Assembly (NCBI GenBank): GCA_977017645.1
Contig: OZ360231.1
Coordinates: 59,024,001 to 59,088,000 of the forward strand
DNA from: Torpedo marmorata
Lineage: Eukaryota
Reading direction: 5' to 3'
DNA length: 64,000 bases
Part shown: piece by piece, positions 61,363 to 64,000 of the stretch
Position numbering within the stretch: the first letter of the stretch is position 1
Layout: the number at the start of each line of letters is the position of its first letter
Position numbers and translations under genes: made by a program
Notes under the pieces: model-generated
Told to the model about the DNA's origin: nothing
The model's input: the letters and a program-made list of their open reading frames with translations, nothing else
The model's database searches: none

Positions 61363-64000
61363 TGTGGTGGAACGCAGTACTGCGGGCATGTCCTCACTGG
61401 CTAACTTGTAGCCCCTCCCCATTACATCCCCTAATAAAGGCTGAGAGCCCTAGTCTCCTCCCCTTATACCTGCCTTGGACGTGATCCAGCAGCATATAGA
61501 GGCATGCTTGGACTTTCAGATTATAAAGCCTTTGATCACTTTATTAATCAGAATTTTAAATTGCCATGGAGAAGGCAATTAGACTGGAGAAGCTGGAGAT
61601 CGATCCGAAGGAACCAGAGGCCTCCGTAAAGTTAGATATGTGGCTACACTGTTTGAAAGCCTACCTGAGGTGCCACAACATCACATCTGATCCTGATAAG
61701 TACGATCTGCTCTTCACAGCTGTGGGCCACCGAGCGTACCAAATAATTTGAGACTGTACTGAATACGAAGGGGCAATGGCCCTACTCCGACAGCAATACG
61801 GAGCCCCGACGAACGCCATGTACGCGCGATTCCAGCTGGGTTCCCGACGCCAGGGGCCCGGTGAGTCGGTCGACGAGTTCGTGAGGGCCATGCTGGAGCT
61901 GGGACGAGCCTGCGGGTGCCAGGACGTGAATGCGGCCCTACACCAGGAGGAGCTCATCCGCGACGGGCTAGTCACAGGCTTCCGCTCCCATCACATAAGG
62001 GAACGACTCCTGGAGAAAGGAGATCGGTCCCTACAGGAAGTGGTTCAGATGGCCCGAGCGATGGAGACGGCCCAAAAGAATGTGGAGGACAACTCAGCGG
62101 GCCACTTGGCCACCAGGTGGGGAGAACGGGCGACGCTATGTTGGGACTCGGGGCCCAACTGCAGATGCCACCGCCGACCACGCGAGGTGCAACTACTGCG
62201 GCCAAAGCAAACACCCGCGGAAGTACTGTCCAGCCCGTAGCGCGACCTGCTCAAACTGCCAGAGGAAAGGACACTATGCCAGGATATGTCGCTCCAAGCC
62301 CCACTCCAGCAGTGCCGCGTGCAGACCCTGTCCCGCATCGCCATCTTGGGCCCACCCACATCCGCCGTCATTTCTGGGTGCCGAGAACCGAACTTCCGGA
62401 CCAGGGGTGCAGCAAAAAGGACTGACGTCACTTCCTGCTTCTTCTCCGGATTCGACCGTGTGCCATCTTCACGATCTCCCAGGCTGCCATCTTGGCGGTA
62501 GCCGTTCCAACATAGCAGCAGCGACTCGGACGGTGAGCTGACACTGGCGTCCATCATGCTGGACCAAGGTAGACCACACCAGCTGGGGCAATCGATGATG
62601 GACATTGAGGTAAACGGTCACTCCACTGGCTGCCTGTTCGACAGGGGAAGCGCTGAGAGCTTCATACACCCGGGCACAGCCGAGCGTTATTCCCTGACTG
62701 TGTCCCCAGCCAAAGGAAAGGTAGCAATAGCCTCCAAATCCCTTTCTGCGGAAATCCGCGGAAGCTGCACCGTGACCCTAACCGTGGGGGGCACGAAGTA
62801 TAAGAACTTTAAACTGCTGGTAATGCCCCACCTCTGTGCACCCATCATGTTGGGGCTAGATTTCCAGTGCCAATTTAAAGGGGTGCTGATGCAGTTTGAC
62901 GGGCCCCACCCCCCACTCACCGTCACTAATAACCAGTACCAGGAGGCCCCGCCCATTCCCCAGAGGAGGCCCAATCACACGATTGAAAGGCGGGCTGGGC
63001 ACCCGACCTGCGGACTAACCACCCTCCGGGTCCCTCCACCTCCGCTGTTCCAAAACCTCACCCCAGACTGTAAACCGATTGCCACTAAGAGCAGGCAATT
63101 CAGCCCCGGGAACAGAAAATTCATTAAAACGGAGGTGGAGCGGCTGCAGGAGGAGGGCATTATAGAACCAAGTAATAGTCCCTGGAAGGCGCAAGTAGTG
63201 GTGGTGAAGAGTGGGGAGAATCATCGGATGGTCATTGATTACAGTCAGACCATCAACCGGTTCACCTTACTGAACGCCTACCCTTTGCCCCGCATATCGG
63301 ATATGGTGAATGAGATCCCCAAGTATAGTGTCTTCTCTCCCATAGACCTAACAGCGGCGTACCACCAAATCCTGATTCGCACAAAAGACCGGCTGTACAC
63401 GGCATTTGAGGCCAACGGCCGACTCTACCATTTCCTGCAGGTCCCATTCGGCCTCACGAATGGGGTGTCAGTGTTCCAAAGGGAAATAGACCGCATGGTG
63501 GATGACAATAAACTAAAGGCGACGTATCCATACCTGGACAATGTCACCATTTGCAGCCATGACCAGAAGGAACATGACGAGAACCTGCAGAGGTTCCTGG
63601 CCACCGCAAAGGCCCTCAAATCTCACACACAATGAGAAAAATTGTGTGTTTAGCACCAAGAAGCTGGCAATCCTGGGGTACGTGGTGGAGCATGGGGCTA
63701 TCGCCCCCAACCCCGAGCGCATGCGCCCCTTCTGGAATTACCCCTGCCACAGAACCCCAAGGCTTCAAAAAGGTGCCTGGTGCTCTTCTCCTATTATGCC
63801 CAGTGGATCCCTAACTATGCAGACAAGGCCCAACCTCCAGTGAAAACCACTACTTTTCCCCCGTCGGCGGTGGCCCGTAAGGCCTTCGAGGGCATCAGAG
63901 GCGAGATTACCAAGGCAGGAATGCACGCCATTGATGAATCTGTCTCCTTCCAAGTGGAAAGTGATGCCTCCGATTTCGCCCTGGCCGCCACACTGAACTA
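61363..64000 (+). mobile_element. Ty3/Gypsy LTR retrotransposon, 5' part (short LTR, gag, PR, RT, RNase H start), disrupted
   Basis: LTR TGTGG..GATCA at about 61363-61538. gag from 61566 with an in-frame stop and frameshift, and paired knuckles CNYCGQSKH..C / CSNCQRKGHYARIC. pol has LFDRGS, SPWKAQVVVV, VPFGL, YLDN and, after frameshifts, ESDASDFALAATL. Confidence 0.95.

Overview
Intron- and repeat-rich vertebrate genomic DNA. The repeat landscape (CR1, Rex1/Babar, Penelope, tRNA/V-type SINE, L1/Tx1) suggests a cartilaginous fish such as a ray or shark; this is inference. Two spliced genes lie on the minus strand. (1) A complete 3-exon NDUFB4 (12064 to 7063, 128 aa). (2) An amidase-signature gene, reconstructed by hand from 18 GT-AG exons (60022 to 17070, 556 codons plus stop, all splice phases consistent, Lys-Ser-Ser triad intact, 5' exon(s) not found). 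Its sequence follows the plant (Arabidopsis-type) fatty acid amide hydrolase rather than vertebrate FAAH1/FAAH2. The rest is nested transposable elements: solo LTRs with TSDs, Penelope elements with inverted termini and hammerhead-like cores, a 5S-rRNA-headed SINE, Chapaev3, hAT and Tc1/mariner-type derivatives, internally primed or chimeric L1 fragments, and a Gypsy element with a YLDN reverse transcriptase at the window end. Two intronic segments (about 18.5-19.5 kb and 39.95-41.35 kb) look like decayed foreign coding sequence and are candidate endogenous viral elements, unconfirmed. Repeat boundaries without a stated TSD or TIR are approximate, and family assignments rest on remembered motifs, not database searches.
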